DNA from: an uncultured Poribacteria bacterium
GTDB taxonomy: Bacteria; Poribacteria; WGA-4E; WGA-3G
Assembly (NCBI GenBank): GCA_951812525.1
Contig: OX638316.1
Span: 4,904,608-4,968,607, forward strand
Direction: 5' to 3'
Length of the DNA: 64,000 bases
Below the pieces are notes generated by a model. The model saw only the letters and a list, made by a program, of their open reading frames with translations, was not told the origin of the DNA and did no database searches. This document shows, in pieces, positions 30,559 through 39,463 of this stretch. The translations under genes were made by a program, and so were the position numbers. Within the stretch, counting starts at the first letter, position 1, and the number at the start of each line of letters is the position of its first letter.

Positions 30559-31317
30559 TCATCGGGTCTTTTTGACCCATGCCCAGGTTGTCGTCAACTT
30601 ATCTCCTGGCTCGACAGAAAGTGGCTGGAGGTCGAGGTCCTTGGAGACATCAACATAATTCGGTTTTCCAAATCCACCGTCACCATCATTTCCATTTTTG
30701 GTATTATCGTCGGCGTTGCCTTCATCAAAAGTGTAGTGGGCATTTAGGTCTGGCTCATCGCCGTTGAGGATCTTCATCATGAATTCATTGATCTCTGCTT
30801 CGGTGCGAGCGACACTCCAGATGCGGATTTCATCAATGAACCCCAAACAGAACCAAGCCTGACTATCACCAACACCGATATACAGCGAAGCGTCGGTTGC
30901 CGCTAATTCCTTTACGCCGAAGTCCAGTTTTCCCATCTCTTTCCCATCAATATAGGAGCGCATCTCTTTACCGTCCCAGACCCCTGCGACATGCTGCCAC
31001 TCCTTCGGTTTTAATCCAGGGACATCAAGGATTTTCGCGCCGGGCCAGAGGACAAATCGTAATCCGTTTCCACCTTGAACAATCTCTGGAAAGATGTAGT
31101 CCCTGCTGTTTGCCCAGTCCTTCGCGAGGCATTCACCAACCGGTTTGCTCATGTTCATCCACGCCTCTATGGTTATCGCATTTTTGGGGTTTAAGCTATC
31201 ACTGTTTGGGATTTCGATAGCGGTTTCACCATCTAACTCCAGTGCCAGATTTTGTGCCCAAAGCGTGCTTGGAATTATCAGACTGACAACGAAAGCTATA
31301 AAAAATAGAATTTTCAT
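30559..31317 (-). CDS. Secreted LamG/concanavalin-A-like lectin domain protein
   Basis: It has a signal peptide and the jelly-roll pattern ...ITIEAWMN...WQHVAGVWDGKEMRSYIDG. Confidence 0.5.
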   Translation of the reverse strand: MKILFFIAFVVSLIIPSTLWAQNLALELDGETAIEIPNSDSLNPKNAITIEAWMNMSKPVGECLAKDWANSRDYIFPEIVQGGNGLRFVLWPGAKILDVPGLKPKEWQHVAGVWDGKEMRSYIDGKEMGKLDFGVKELAATDASLYIGVGDSQAWFCLGFIDEIRIWSVARTEAEINEFMMKILNGDEPDLNAHYTFDEGNADDNTKNGNDGDGGFGKPNYVDVSKDLDLQPLSVEPGDKLTTTWAWVKKTR

Positions 31318-31362
31318 ACTCTTTCTCCTGTGTTACTAATTTCGATTAGGGCTAGAAATTGC

Positions 31363-32121
31363 TTACTTTGCTCCTGGATTTGGCTTTCTACCGCCGAAGA
31401 TGGCGTGTCCAGCCTTCATCCAGAATACATCAACACCAATAAATCCGGCTTCATCAAGCCATTTAAGTTGATCGAACAGGGATGAGGGTTTATCAATTGA
31501 ATCTGGATCGGGTTCGGATTGGGCGTAATGATTCCAGCCAAGCTCGCAGAAGTAGTCATAACCTTTCAGATCACCATCCAGATCGAGTGAACGCTGACGC
31601 ACCACTTCATCCCATGCTTGTGCCGCGAGTTTTTTCCCAAACTGGTCCATTGGCTCAGTCAGATCGGCGATAATTAAACTCCCACCCGGCATAAGGAGAG
31701 ACACCATATCTTTGAATAAAGCCTGTTTTTCTGTGCCATCTAAGTGATGAATCGCGAGAGAAGATACAACAGCGTGAATAGGGAACGGTAATTCGCGCCA
31801 ATCCGTCGCAGCCAAATCGAATTGGCGTGTTTTAATACGTTCTCCATAATCGGCGAGGGATTCTTCTACGTGCGCCAGCATTTTTGGAGAACCATCTAAA
31901 CCATAAACGTGGCATTCAGGGAACTTATCTAACAGTGCACGCGTGAGGAGACCCTCCCCACAACAGAGATCCAGAATATAGGCAGGTTTGGACGGAGGGG
32001 GAATCACCTCGCAAATACAATTGATTTGGACCTCCCGATCCGGGACGAAGTATTTTCCGTAGTCAATAAAATCTTGGGAATTGTCCTCTTCCCATTGAGG
32101 TTTAGTAACAGCATCTTGCAT
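31363..32121 (-). CDS. Class I SAM-dependent methyltransferase. The start is probably the ATG at 32121; the track ORF extends to 32196.
   Basis: Motif I reads ILDLCCGEGLLTRAL. Confidence 0.7.
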   Translation of the reverse strand: MQDAVTKPQWEEDNSQDFIDYGKYFVPDREVQINCICEVIPPPSKPAYILDLCCGEGLLTRALLDKFPECHVYGLDGSPKMLAHVEESLADYGERIKTRQFDLAATDWRELPFPIHAVVSSLAIHHLDGTEKQALFKDMVSLLMPGGSLIIADLTEPMDQFGKKLAAQAWDEVVRQRSLDLDGDLKGYDYFCELGWNHYAQSEPDPDSIDKPSSLFDQLKWLDEAGFIGVDVFWMKAGHAIFGGRKPNPGAK

Positions 32122-32149
32122 AATATGAATCTTACAGAAACATTCTAAT

Positions 32150-33046
32150 CTATGATGCCAAATCGTCAAGCATTTGGCGGATGTTGTGCTCACCACTATC
32201 GATAAACAGTGGGGCTAAGGGACCTCTGCCGTGTAGCGTTTGAAGTAACGTATCAATCTGTATCATGCGCGCTTGTGGCGTGCGACACTTGAGCCATCTT
32301 GTAAGGAAATCACGCGCTGGCTTTGGATTGCCGGTTCTTAGTGAACGGACACTTTTACGCCACGCTTGCCATCTGAAGGAATGCCCACAATTCAGACATT
32401 CGAGTTTTTCATCCTTCTTTTTTAAACTCTTGCGGTAATCCCGCCATCGACGTTTATAACCGCAGACTGTGCACTCGATATTGCCGTGCTGATGGTGTGC
32501 AACCTCTTGACACTTGGGACATTGCAACTTAGGCTCGGATCGACGATTTTTAGTGGTTCGATCTCTTGGCGGCGGATCCGGTCTGCGGACGAGGTCAAGA
32601 CAGTGAGGACACGGTAAGAGGACACGGGTCCTCACCGATTGCTTATAGGCTTCTTGGGACCATGTTTTACCACAGGTACAACGCAACACCACCTCTTTCT
32701 GTAGAACAGAACGACAGTCAAAACATCGCGGTGCGTCTCGGAGTGCTTGACGGCAGTCGCGCCAGAGCAACCGTTCGGTGCAGTGTGGGCAGCGAAACCA
32801 GTTTTCATGAGTTCCACCCTCTCCTTTGCTAAAGAGTGGATCAATCCGGCGTGTGATTTTTGTACTGCACTTTGGACACGGCACACGTCCCTCTCGATAT
32901 ACGTCAGCGACTGTGGCGATGTCTTTACAGCGAGCGTAGAGCTCCCAACCGACATCGTGTAGCAAGGTATCCTCGTAGATACCGAGTCGCGCATACCGGT
33001 AAAGCCGACGAATTTTGATAGGTTTCACACGTGGAGACCAGTCCAT
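32150..33046 (-). CDS. Hypothetical basic protein with four CxxC...CxxC zinc-ribbon motifs
   Basis: The pairs are CPKC...CPHC, CFDC...CTCG, CPHC...CPKC and CTVCG...CLNCG. The protein is rich in Arg and Lys. Confidence 0.5.
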   Translation of the reverse strand: MDWSPRVKPIKIRRLYRYARLGIYEDTLLHDVGWELYARCKDIATVADVYREGRVPCPKCSTKITRRIDPLFSKGEGGTHENWFRCPHCTERLLWRDCRQALRDAPRCFDCRSVLQKEVVLRCTCGKTWSQEAYKQSVRTRVLLPCPHCLDLVRRPDPPPRDRTTKNRRSEPKLQCPKCQEVAHHQHGNIECTVCGYKRRWRDYRKSLKKKDEKLECLNCGHSFRWQAWRKSVRSLRTGNPKPARDFLTRWLKCRTPQARMIQIDTLLQTLHGRGPLAPLFIDSGEHNIRQMLDDLAS

Positions 33047-33068
33047 AGTGTTCTCTTACTTCTACAGG

Positions 33069-34109
33069 TTAGGCAGGAATTTTAACAACCTCTCCAGTTT
33101 CAATGCTACGACTGATTGCTTCCAAAACGCGCATGTTCTGATATGAGTCCTCAAGACTTGCGTGCGGTTGGGTCCCATCTTGCAATGACTTCGCCCAATG
33201 TTGCATCTCTTCCAGATACCCGGGTCTGCCGATACTGTGGAGTGCGGTGTTGAGGTCCCATTCTTCAGTGGGTGTATCGGCATAACCACCGCCTTCGCCA
33301 AGCCACGTTGGGACACGGTACCGACGTAATTTGCGGGTCTCTAACACCTGAATTGCCTGATGGTTCGTGCCTTTGACGAAAACCATCGCTTCCAAGATAG
33401 GACCGGTACCGAGCGTCATAGTGCCGATACCGCCGTTTTCGTAGCGCAGGTTCACAGACATTGACACGTTGCTTGATGCGGCATCAACCGTTCCCATAGC
33501 AAATACTTCACTCACCTGTCCCATAAAGAACCGCATGCAATCGGTGGGATGGATCGACTGATCGAGCATAAAGGGCCACGCGAAGGGTGATCCTGCCTCC
33601 TGAAGGCGCGGACCGGGAGCGAGGTAGCGCGTATGATACTGGCATGCCTCACCGAACTCCGCTTCGTTCATCAACTGCTTTGCAATTTGGTGTGCCGGGG
33701 CATGTCGCCACATTGTACCGACCATGCCTGTTTTGTCAGCTTCAATTGACGCATCTACAAGCTTCTTTGCGCCTTCAGCGGTTGTTGCGGGCGGCTTTTC
33801 GGTGTAGATATGATACCCCCGTTGGAGACACTCAATACCGATGTCTCGATGCAGCTTATCCTCTGGTCTGCCGACGACAGCCACTGCGTAGAGATCTTCA
33901 TGTGCGAACATCTCGTTGTAATCGGTATAGTGACGAAGAGCACCGAATCTTCGGGCATTTGATTCTGCCTTTTCTTCAACGAGGTCGCAGGTCGCGACGA
34001 ATTCAAATTCCGGGACCATCGGTATGCACTGTTGCAATTGCGATGACATCCCACCACAACCGATAAAAGCAATTCGGATTTTATCCATAACGTGTTCTTC
34101 TCCAATCAA
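33069..34109 (-). CDS. Gfo/Idh/MocA family oxidoreductase
   Basis: The N-terminal motif reads IRIAFIGCGGMSS. Confidence 0.8.
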   Translation of the reverse strand: MIGEEHVMDKIRIAFIGCGGMSSQLQQCIPMVPEFEFVATCDLVEEKAESNARRFGALRHYTDYNEMFAHEDLYAVAVVGRPEDKLHRDIGIECLQRGYHIYTEKPPATTAEGAKKLVDASIEADKTGMVGTMWRHAPAHQIAKQLMNEAEFGEACQYHTRYLAPGPRLQEAGSPFAWPFMLDQSIHPTDCMRFFMGQVSEVFAMGTVDAASSNVSMSVNLRYENGGIGTMTLGTGPILEAMVFVKGTNHQAIQVLETRKLRRYRVPTWLGEGGGYADTPTEEWDLNTALHSIGRPGYLEEMQHWAKSLQDGTQPHASLEDSYQNMRVLEAISRSIETGEVVKIPA

Positions 34110-34146
34110 ATTTAGCGTATCAGGATTCAGAGATTGTCTCTACGGC

Positions 34147-34866
34147 TTATTCCACACCCAACAGATCTGCCAGTTCATTAAAATCGCTGGCGACGATGTC
34201 AGACGGATGCGCCGTGACTTCTTGAACTCTACCGGGTCCATACTCCAATGGACGTGGCACGAGTGCTGTTTGAAAACCGACAGCCTGTGAAGCTCGGAGA
34301 TCGCCAGGGTGTGCAGCTACCATCATAACTTCGTTGGGCGACAAACCGAGTAGGGCTGCAGCGATCTCGTAAACTTCGGGATCCGGTTTATAATGATGCG
34401 TTAATTCGGCAGAGAGGATACAATCCCAGGGTAGCCCTCCGAATTTCGCCATGTTCGTTAGTAGTGCGACATTACCGTTAGAGAGTGTAGCGATAATGTA
34501 TTGTTTGCGGAGTCGTTTTAAGCCGCTGACAGCATCCGGCCACGGCGTGAGTCGATGCCAAACCCGATTCAGATGATCCGTATCAGTTTCACTCAAATCC
34601 GTAATATTATACTCATCAAGGAGGTCATCCAAAATCAGTCGATGCAGTGCGTCAATGTTCTGCCACGGCAATTCGCCATGTCGAACCTTGTTCATTGCCG
34701 GTCCGTATCCAGCGCGCCAGTTCAAGGCGAATTGTGTCCAATCAATATCAATACCGTGGGTATCTCCAAACTTTTTACCTTCGGCAACAATTGAACTATA
34801 CCAATCTACAACCGTACCGAAAACATCAAAGGTAAGTGCTTTGACTTCAAGGGAGGCGTTTTGCAT
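34147..34866 (-). CDS. HAD-superfamily hydrolase (haloacid dehalogenase type II-like)
   Basis: It has the DxF/DxxGT-type N-terminal motif LTFDVFGTVVDW. Confidence 0.7.
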   Translation of the reverse strand: MQNASLEVKALTFDVFGTVVDWYSSIVAEGKKFGDTHGIDIDWTQFALNWRAGYGPAMNKVRHGELPWQNIDALHRLILDDLLDEYNITDLSETDTDHLNRVWHRLTPWPDAVSGLKRLRKQYIIATLSNGNVALLTNMAKFGGLPWDCILSAELTHHYKPDPEVYEIAAALLGLSPNEVMMVAAHPGDLRASQAVGFQTALVPRPLEYGPGRVQEVTAHPSDIVASDFNELADLLGVE

Positions 34867-35022
34867 GGTGTTATATCCTTTTGTGTTGTCTGGAGGTTCA
34901 AAAGAAAAGTGGTTGGTTTTCCTTATTAATCTACCTCACATCATACACAAATTTACTGCAATTGTCCACTGAATTGTTTTGGGAGCGATCCGCTATCAGC
35001 AGTCAGGTGTGGATAGTAAAGT

Positions 35023-35412
35023 CTACAAAAACGGGTTGTGTGCGACTTCCCAATAGAAACCGTCAGGGTCCTTGAAATAACCTGAATAACCGCCCCAGAA
35101 TGCGTCTTGTCCCGGTTTAACAAGCTCAGCTCCTGCAGCGACCGCCTCTGCTAAAGTCAAATCTACCTCTTCTGGAGAGGCAACGTTATGGGCAAGCGTA
35201 AACCCTTGAAAGCCTGTGCCTTCGGGCGAGATTGTAATATCCTCAGCCAGTTCGTCTCTCGGATAGAGGGCAAGTATCGTTCCAGTCATCTCGAAAAATG
35301 CGATACTCTTCGATTCATCCTTTCGGGGCAACCCTAATCCCTTCTCATAAAAATCAATGGAGCGTTGCAAGTCCGCAACACCAAGTGTAATGATAGTAAT
35401 ATGTGGTTTCAT
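35023..35412 (-). CDS. VOC/glyoxalase family protein
   Basis: It is 129 aa and reads ITIITLGVADLQRSIDFYEKGLG. Confidence 0.7.
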   Translation of the reverse strand: MKPHITIITLGVADLQRSIDFYEKGLGLPRKDESKSIAFFEMTGTILALYPRDELAEDITISPEGTGFQGFTLAHNVASPEEVDLTLAEAVAAGAELVKPGQDAFWGGYSGYFKDPDGFYWEVAHNPFL

Positions 35413-35472
35413 ACTGATTTCCTCAAAAAATTTGCAGTAAAGTTTCGATTTTCAATTTGAATGACGTATGAA

Positions 35473-35502
35473 GAAAAACTGGCGAGGTTAAAACCTCGCC
35501 AG
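35473..35502 (-). terminator. Intrinsic terminator downstream of the ECF sigma gene. It is a REP-related hairpin.
   Basis: The minus strand carries the 11-bp stem CTGGCGAGGTT / AACCTCGCCAG followed by TTTTT. Confidence 0.55.
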
Positions 35503-35576
35503 CAAAATGAATTTATAGTGATGGCGGACCTACCCATCCGCCATCGATTGGTTTAGGCAAAGAAACCCGCGTAATT

Positions 35577-36170
35577 TTAGAAACTTGCGCGGTATGGTGC
35601 CAAAAACTTTCGGAGTTGCCGAATCGCAGCATTTTTACGGGAGGCAACGGTACCAATCGGACATTCGACAATTTCAGCGACCTCTTGATACGACAATCCC
35701 TGCAGTTCTGTTAGCTGAAACACTACTTGGTGTTCTTTCGACAGTTTATTGATCGCAGCTTGAATCGCTTCGTAAGTCTCTTTGGCAATGAGCAGTGCCT
35801 CTGGTGAATAGTCTGTATTTGCAATAGCGACAACGATTGGGTTAAAACATTCATCTTCATCTCCATAGTGTACATCCAGTGATTCCATCTTGGGTGTCCT
35901 TTGCTCTTTCGCCAACTGTTTCAAACAGAGATTTTTGGCGATGTGATAAAGAAATGTTCTGAATTTTGCGATTGGGCGGTACGTTGGTACGCAGCGCCAT
36001 AATCGTAGGAACGTTTCCTGGCAAAGATCTTCCGCAAGTGGTCGATTCTTAACAAATCGATAGATAAAGTTCAAAGTGTTTGTATAATGACGTTCGGTTA
36101 GGATTTGGAATGCGTCTCTGTTTCCATCCTTCACAGAGAGCATCAACTGCTCATCAGTCTGTGTCATGCT
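35577..36170 (-). CDS. ECF-subfamily RNA polymerase sigma-70 factor. The start was moved to the Met at 36170.
   Basis: Region 2 reads FQILTERH...LCQETFLRLW, and region 4 reads LSYQEVAEIVECPIGTVASR. Confidence 0.8.
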   Translation of the reverse strand, partial: SMTQTDEQLMLSVKDGNRDAFQILTERHYTNTLNFIYRFVKNRPLAEDLCQETFLRLWRCVPTYRPIAKFRTFLYHIAKNLCLKQLAKEQRTPKMESLDVHYGDEDECFNPIVVAIANTDYSPEALLIAKETYEAIQAAINKLSKEHQVVFQLTELQGLSYQEVAEIVECPIGTVASRKNAAIRQLRKFLAPYRASF

Positions 36171-36615
36171 TGTCTCCTCAAAGAGGAGCATTTCAAGCGA
36201 AGGCGCGTATCCCTCCTTTTGAATAGCGGAGGATGCCTGCTTGTTCACTCCTCGGTCTGTGCCTTCTCCATAATCGAGTCCTAATCCAACAACGGAACAC
36301 ACCGGTAGTTTTAGATACCTGGGCTCTCAAGGAAGTGTGATCTGCTAAATTGCAGCCTCGTTCACCTCCGCGGGTTCCGTTATCCCGGACGCTTCTGATA
36401 ATCGTCCAAGCGTGAGGCATAGCCTCCGTTAAACACAAAATGTTTTGATACATTATACAATCTATCCTCCATAGGTTAGTTATCAGTTAGGGGTAGTATT
36501 TGATGTTCCTTTTTTTGACTATAAAAAACTCTTAATGGTTTAATCCATACATTGAAAAAAAATCATTTAAAATTAAAAAAATAGTAGATTTTATAATTTC
36601 TTAGCGTCACGAATC

Positions 36616-36641
36616 GGCGAGGTTGGGAAACCTCGCCTACC
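36616..36641 (-). repeat. Instance of the REP-like hairpin family
   Basis: The minus strand reads GGTAGGCGAGGTTTCCCAACCTCGCC. Confidence 0.6.
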
Positions 36642-36697
36642 AAATTACAGTAGAAAGAGCGAAGTTAGAAACCTATCCTACCAGCAGAGGGATTTCC

Positions 36698-37834
36698 TTA
36701 TATGCCAACTGGCTGAAAGGGTTCCAGTGCCAACGAAGGTTTCCCAGATGTGAGGAGTTCAGCTATGAGCTGCCCTGTGATTGGTGCGAGGAGAATCCCG
36801 TTTTTGAAATGTCCTGATGCTAAAACAACGTTGTCACACCCTGGCAGATAGCCGAGGAGGGGACCCTTTCTGGTATACGGACGCAAACCTGCCCATGTTT
36901 GCACAAAAGTACTGTGGGCAAGTTGGGGAGCAATGGCGATACCTGCGTCAATCATCTGCTTAGTTCCTTCAACCGTTGTGCTTTTGTCATAACCGACAAA
37001 TTCAACCGTCGCGCCGAGTAGGATCTTGCCATCTGCTCTGGGTACGATGTAGATACCGAGTCCGTCAACGATATGCTGAAAAGGTGACGGCATCGCTTCG
37101 ACGAGAACGATCTGACCTTTTGCAGGTCCAATCTCCATCGGCGCATCAAGTTGGGTAGTGAGTTCGCCTGCCCAACACCCGTTGGCAATCACAAAGGCAT
37201 CAGCATATAAGATTTCGCCATTTACGACGACTCCCGTAACGCGCCCGTTCTCTCGAAGGAAACCAGTGACAGGATTACCCAGTTGGAATGTTGCCCCGAA
37301 TTTTGCTGCTCCTTTTGCGAGTGCTTTCACCATCTTGGGGTTGCGGACCTGTGCGTCTTCAGGAAATAGGACTGCACCGACAATAGATTTTGAAAGGGCG
37401 GGTTCTAATTCCCAGGCTTCCTCGGCTGTCAAGACTTCGGTTGAAAAGCCTTTTTTTACGCGCCGGTCTGCGAGACCGATGAGTCCCGCTGCTTCAGCAG
37501 CATTAAAGAATACCGACAGTGTGCCGGATTGAATATATTCAACATCTATCTGCGTCTCTGCGCGGAGTTCTTCTGCCAACGATGGGTAGAGCGCAAGACT
37601 AGCGCGACACAACTCAGGATAAGGCTCATGCGTTGAGGCGTGTGAGGTTAGAATTCCCGCGCCTGCCCACGAGGCTTCTGTGCCGACGGTAGTGGCTCTG
37701 TCAATGAGATGCGTTTGAACATTGCGTTTAGCCAAGTTGTAAGCGATAGCACATCCGATAATGCCGCCGCCGATAATGATAATATCCGCGTGATTCCGAC
37801 TCAAGTTGTCCTCCGATTTAGGTAAGTGTTGCAT
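36698..37834 (-). CDS. FAD-dependent oxidoreductase (DadA / glycine-oxidase ThiO-like)
   Basis: The FAD-binding motif reads DIIIIGGGIIGCAIAYNLA. Confidence 0.75.
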   Translation of the reverse strand: MQHLPKSEDNLSRNHADIIIIGGGIIGCAIAYNLAKRNVQTHLIDRATTVGTEASWAGAGILTSHASTHEPYPELCRASLALYPSLAEELRAETQIDVEYIQSGTLSVFFNAAEAAGLIGLADRRVKKGFSTEVLTAEEAWELEPALSKSIVGAVLFPEDAQVRNPKMVKALAKGAAKFGATFQLGNPVTGFLRENGRVTGVVVNGEILYADAFVIANGCWAGELTTQLDAPMEIGPAKGQIVLVEAMPSPFQHIVDGLGIYIVPRADGKILLGATVEFVGYDKSTTVEGTKQMIDAGIAIAPQLAHSTFVQTWAGLRPYTRKGPLLGYLPGCDNVVLASGHFKNGILLAPITGQLIAELLTSGKPSLALEPFQPVGI

Positions 37835-38171
37835 TGGGAAAGAGGGTTGTAAAGATTACAATTTTAACAGTTTAACATATTAGATGTCGGTTTTCAATTT
37901 CAGTTGATTAGTTGTCAGTTGTCGGGATTCGGAGATCCCTCCTACAGTGGAGTCAAGGGATGACTTTACTGTTTATACATATTTTTGGATGCACTTTATT
38001 GAGACATAGGGATTATACCTAACTAACAGTGTTTATGGATTATGCTTGAAATTTCAGCGAATTTCGCGTATAATTATCATAAATAGGCTAAAGCGAACTA
38101 TCTCAAACGGTGATGCAAGAAAAAGTGGCGAGGAACAAAGACCGCGCCTCATACGAAAGGTTTTTAACTAA

Positions 38172-38459
38172 ATGATCCTTGGAAAAGTTACAGGGACAGT
38201 CGTCGCGACGCAGAAAGATGAAAAACTGATCGGAAGTAAGTTGATGATTGTCCAAGATGTGGATCTGAATGGCGAAGTTGAACGGAAATACACTGTTGCT
38301 GTGGATGCAGTCGGTGCTGGTATCGGTGAGATTGTGCTTGTTGCAACAGGTAGCTCGGCGCGGCAGACGCAAGTGACAAGCAACAAACCGGTTGATGCTG
38401 TAATCATGGCGATTGTTGATACCGTAGAAGTTGGTGGACAAGTGCAGTATCACAAGTAG
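38172..38459 (+). CDS. EutN/CcmL/PduN-family bacterial microcompartment vertex (pentamer) protein, present without other shell genes
   Basis: The 95-aa product is collinear with EutN: MILGKVTGTVVATQK...GSKLMIVQDV...AVDAVGAGIGEIVLVATGSSAR...PVDAVIMAIVDTVEV. Confidence 0.7.
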   Translation: MILGKVTGTVVATQKDEKLIGSKLMIVQDVDLNGEVERKYTVAVDAVGAGIGEIVLVATGSSARQTQVTSNKPVDAVIMAIVDTVEVGGQVQYHK

Positions 38460-38487
38460 CCAATCAACTGGAACCGAGGAATGAAAA

Positions 38488-39054
38488 ATGGAACGGGAAC
38501 GCGTCCGCACCGAAACGCTCCACCATCGCGATGGACTCACAGCGGAAGTCCGAACCAAACTCAGTCGAAGGATCGCCAATTCCGCCGCAAGTTGGATAAA
38601 AAGTAAAGGTTTCGATGCTGTGATGCTCTATCTGAGTATGAGAAGTGAAGTGGAAACGGACGGTTTGCTCGACATCTTACTTCACCAAGAAAAGGTAGTC
38701 TGTGCGCCTGTTGTAGATACACATCAGTTAGAACTCACACCCCATCAGATTCAAAACCCCAAAACAGAACTCGTTCGGCACCGTTACGGTATGTTAGAAC
38801 CGGGTGCAACATCTCCCATCTTTCCAACCGACCAGCTACAACTTATTATTGTCCCCGGTATCGCTTTCGATTCCAACGGCTATCGTCTCGGATATGGCAA
38901 GGGTTTCTACGACAAGTTCCTCGCGAAGTGTCCACACGCTGTTAGCGTTGGCTTGGCGTATCAGATACAAGTTGTCGAAAATACATTTCCCCAAGCATGG
39001 GATGTCCCGGTGCAGCACATTTTCACAGAGAACAGTCGAATAGATATTCCGTAA
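38488..39054 (+). CDS. 5-formyltetrahydrofolate cyclo-ligase
   Basis: Motifs GYGKGFYD and IIVPGIAFD are present. It is 188 aa. Confidence 0.8.
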   Translation: MERERVRTETLHHRDGLTAEVRTKLSRRIANSAASWIKSKGFDAVMLYLSMRSEVETDGLLDILLHQEKVVCAPVVDTHQLELTPHQIQNPKTELVRHRYGMLEPGATSPIFPTDQLQLIIVPGIAFDSNGYRLGYGKGFYDKFLAKCPHAVSVGLAYQIQVVENTFPQAWDVPVQHIFTENSRIDIP

Positions 39055-39064
39055 AAGAGCCAAT

Positions 39065-39463
39065 CTATCTAGTATCAACAAAAGGTCTCAACTTGTCTAT
39101 GGTCTTCGGACCGATACCTTTGACCTTTTGGAGGGCATCGACACTGACAAAATCGCCGTGCTGTATGCGATAGTCGATAATCCTTTTTGCCATTCGTTCA
39201 CCGATGTTGGGCAGGGTCTGGAGTTCTTCTGTGGAGGCGGTATTGATATTAAGAAGTACGGGTTTGTTCGATACGACAGATTCTGTTGTGTTATCTTGTG
39301 AACTTCCCGTGTCCGGCACAGCAATCAGATCGGGTTCTCCGAGAAACAGTGTAGGGGCATAGCGTCGTATACCCCAAAAACCGGTGCCAGCTAAGATCAG
39401 TATCACAAGAAAAGTTACTGCTTTCCAATAGTGGCGTTCAAGAGCATCCCCGGCGTTACTCAT
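39065..39463 (-). CDS. comEA: ComEA-family helix-hairpin-helix DNA-binding protein
   Basis: It reads INTASTEELQTLPNIGERMAKRIIDYR...GIGPKTIDKL and has an N-terminal TM segment. Confidence 0.75.
   Translation of the reverse strand: MSNAGDALERHYWKAVTFLVILILAGTGFWGIRRYAPTLFLGEPDLIAVPDTGSSQDNTTESVVSNKPVLLNINTASTEELQTLPNIGERMAKRIIDYRIQHGDFVSVDALQKVKGIGPKTIDKLRPFVDTR

Noticed and set aside
36193-36453. 86-aa ORF upstream of the ECF sigma gene considered as an anti-sigma factor
   Set aside because: It lies upstream of the sigma gene and partly overlaps the mis-extended sigma ORF. It has no TM or zinc-finger anti-sigma features and is Arg/Trp-rich, which is typical of a GC-skewed frame.
38103-38579. 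158-aa minus-strand ORF overlapping the EutN-like and MTHFS genes
   Set aside because: It lies antisense to two well-supported genes and is of low complexity. The plus-strand EutN homology is unambiguous.
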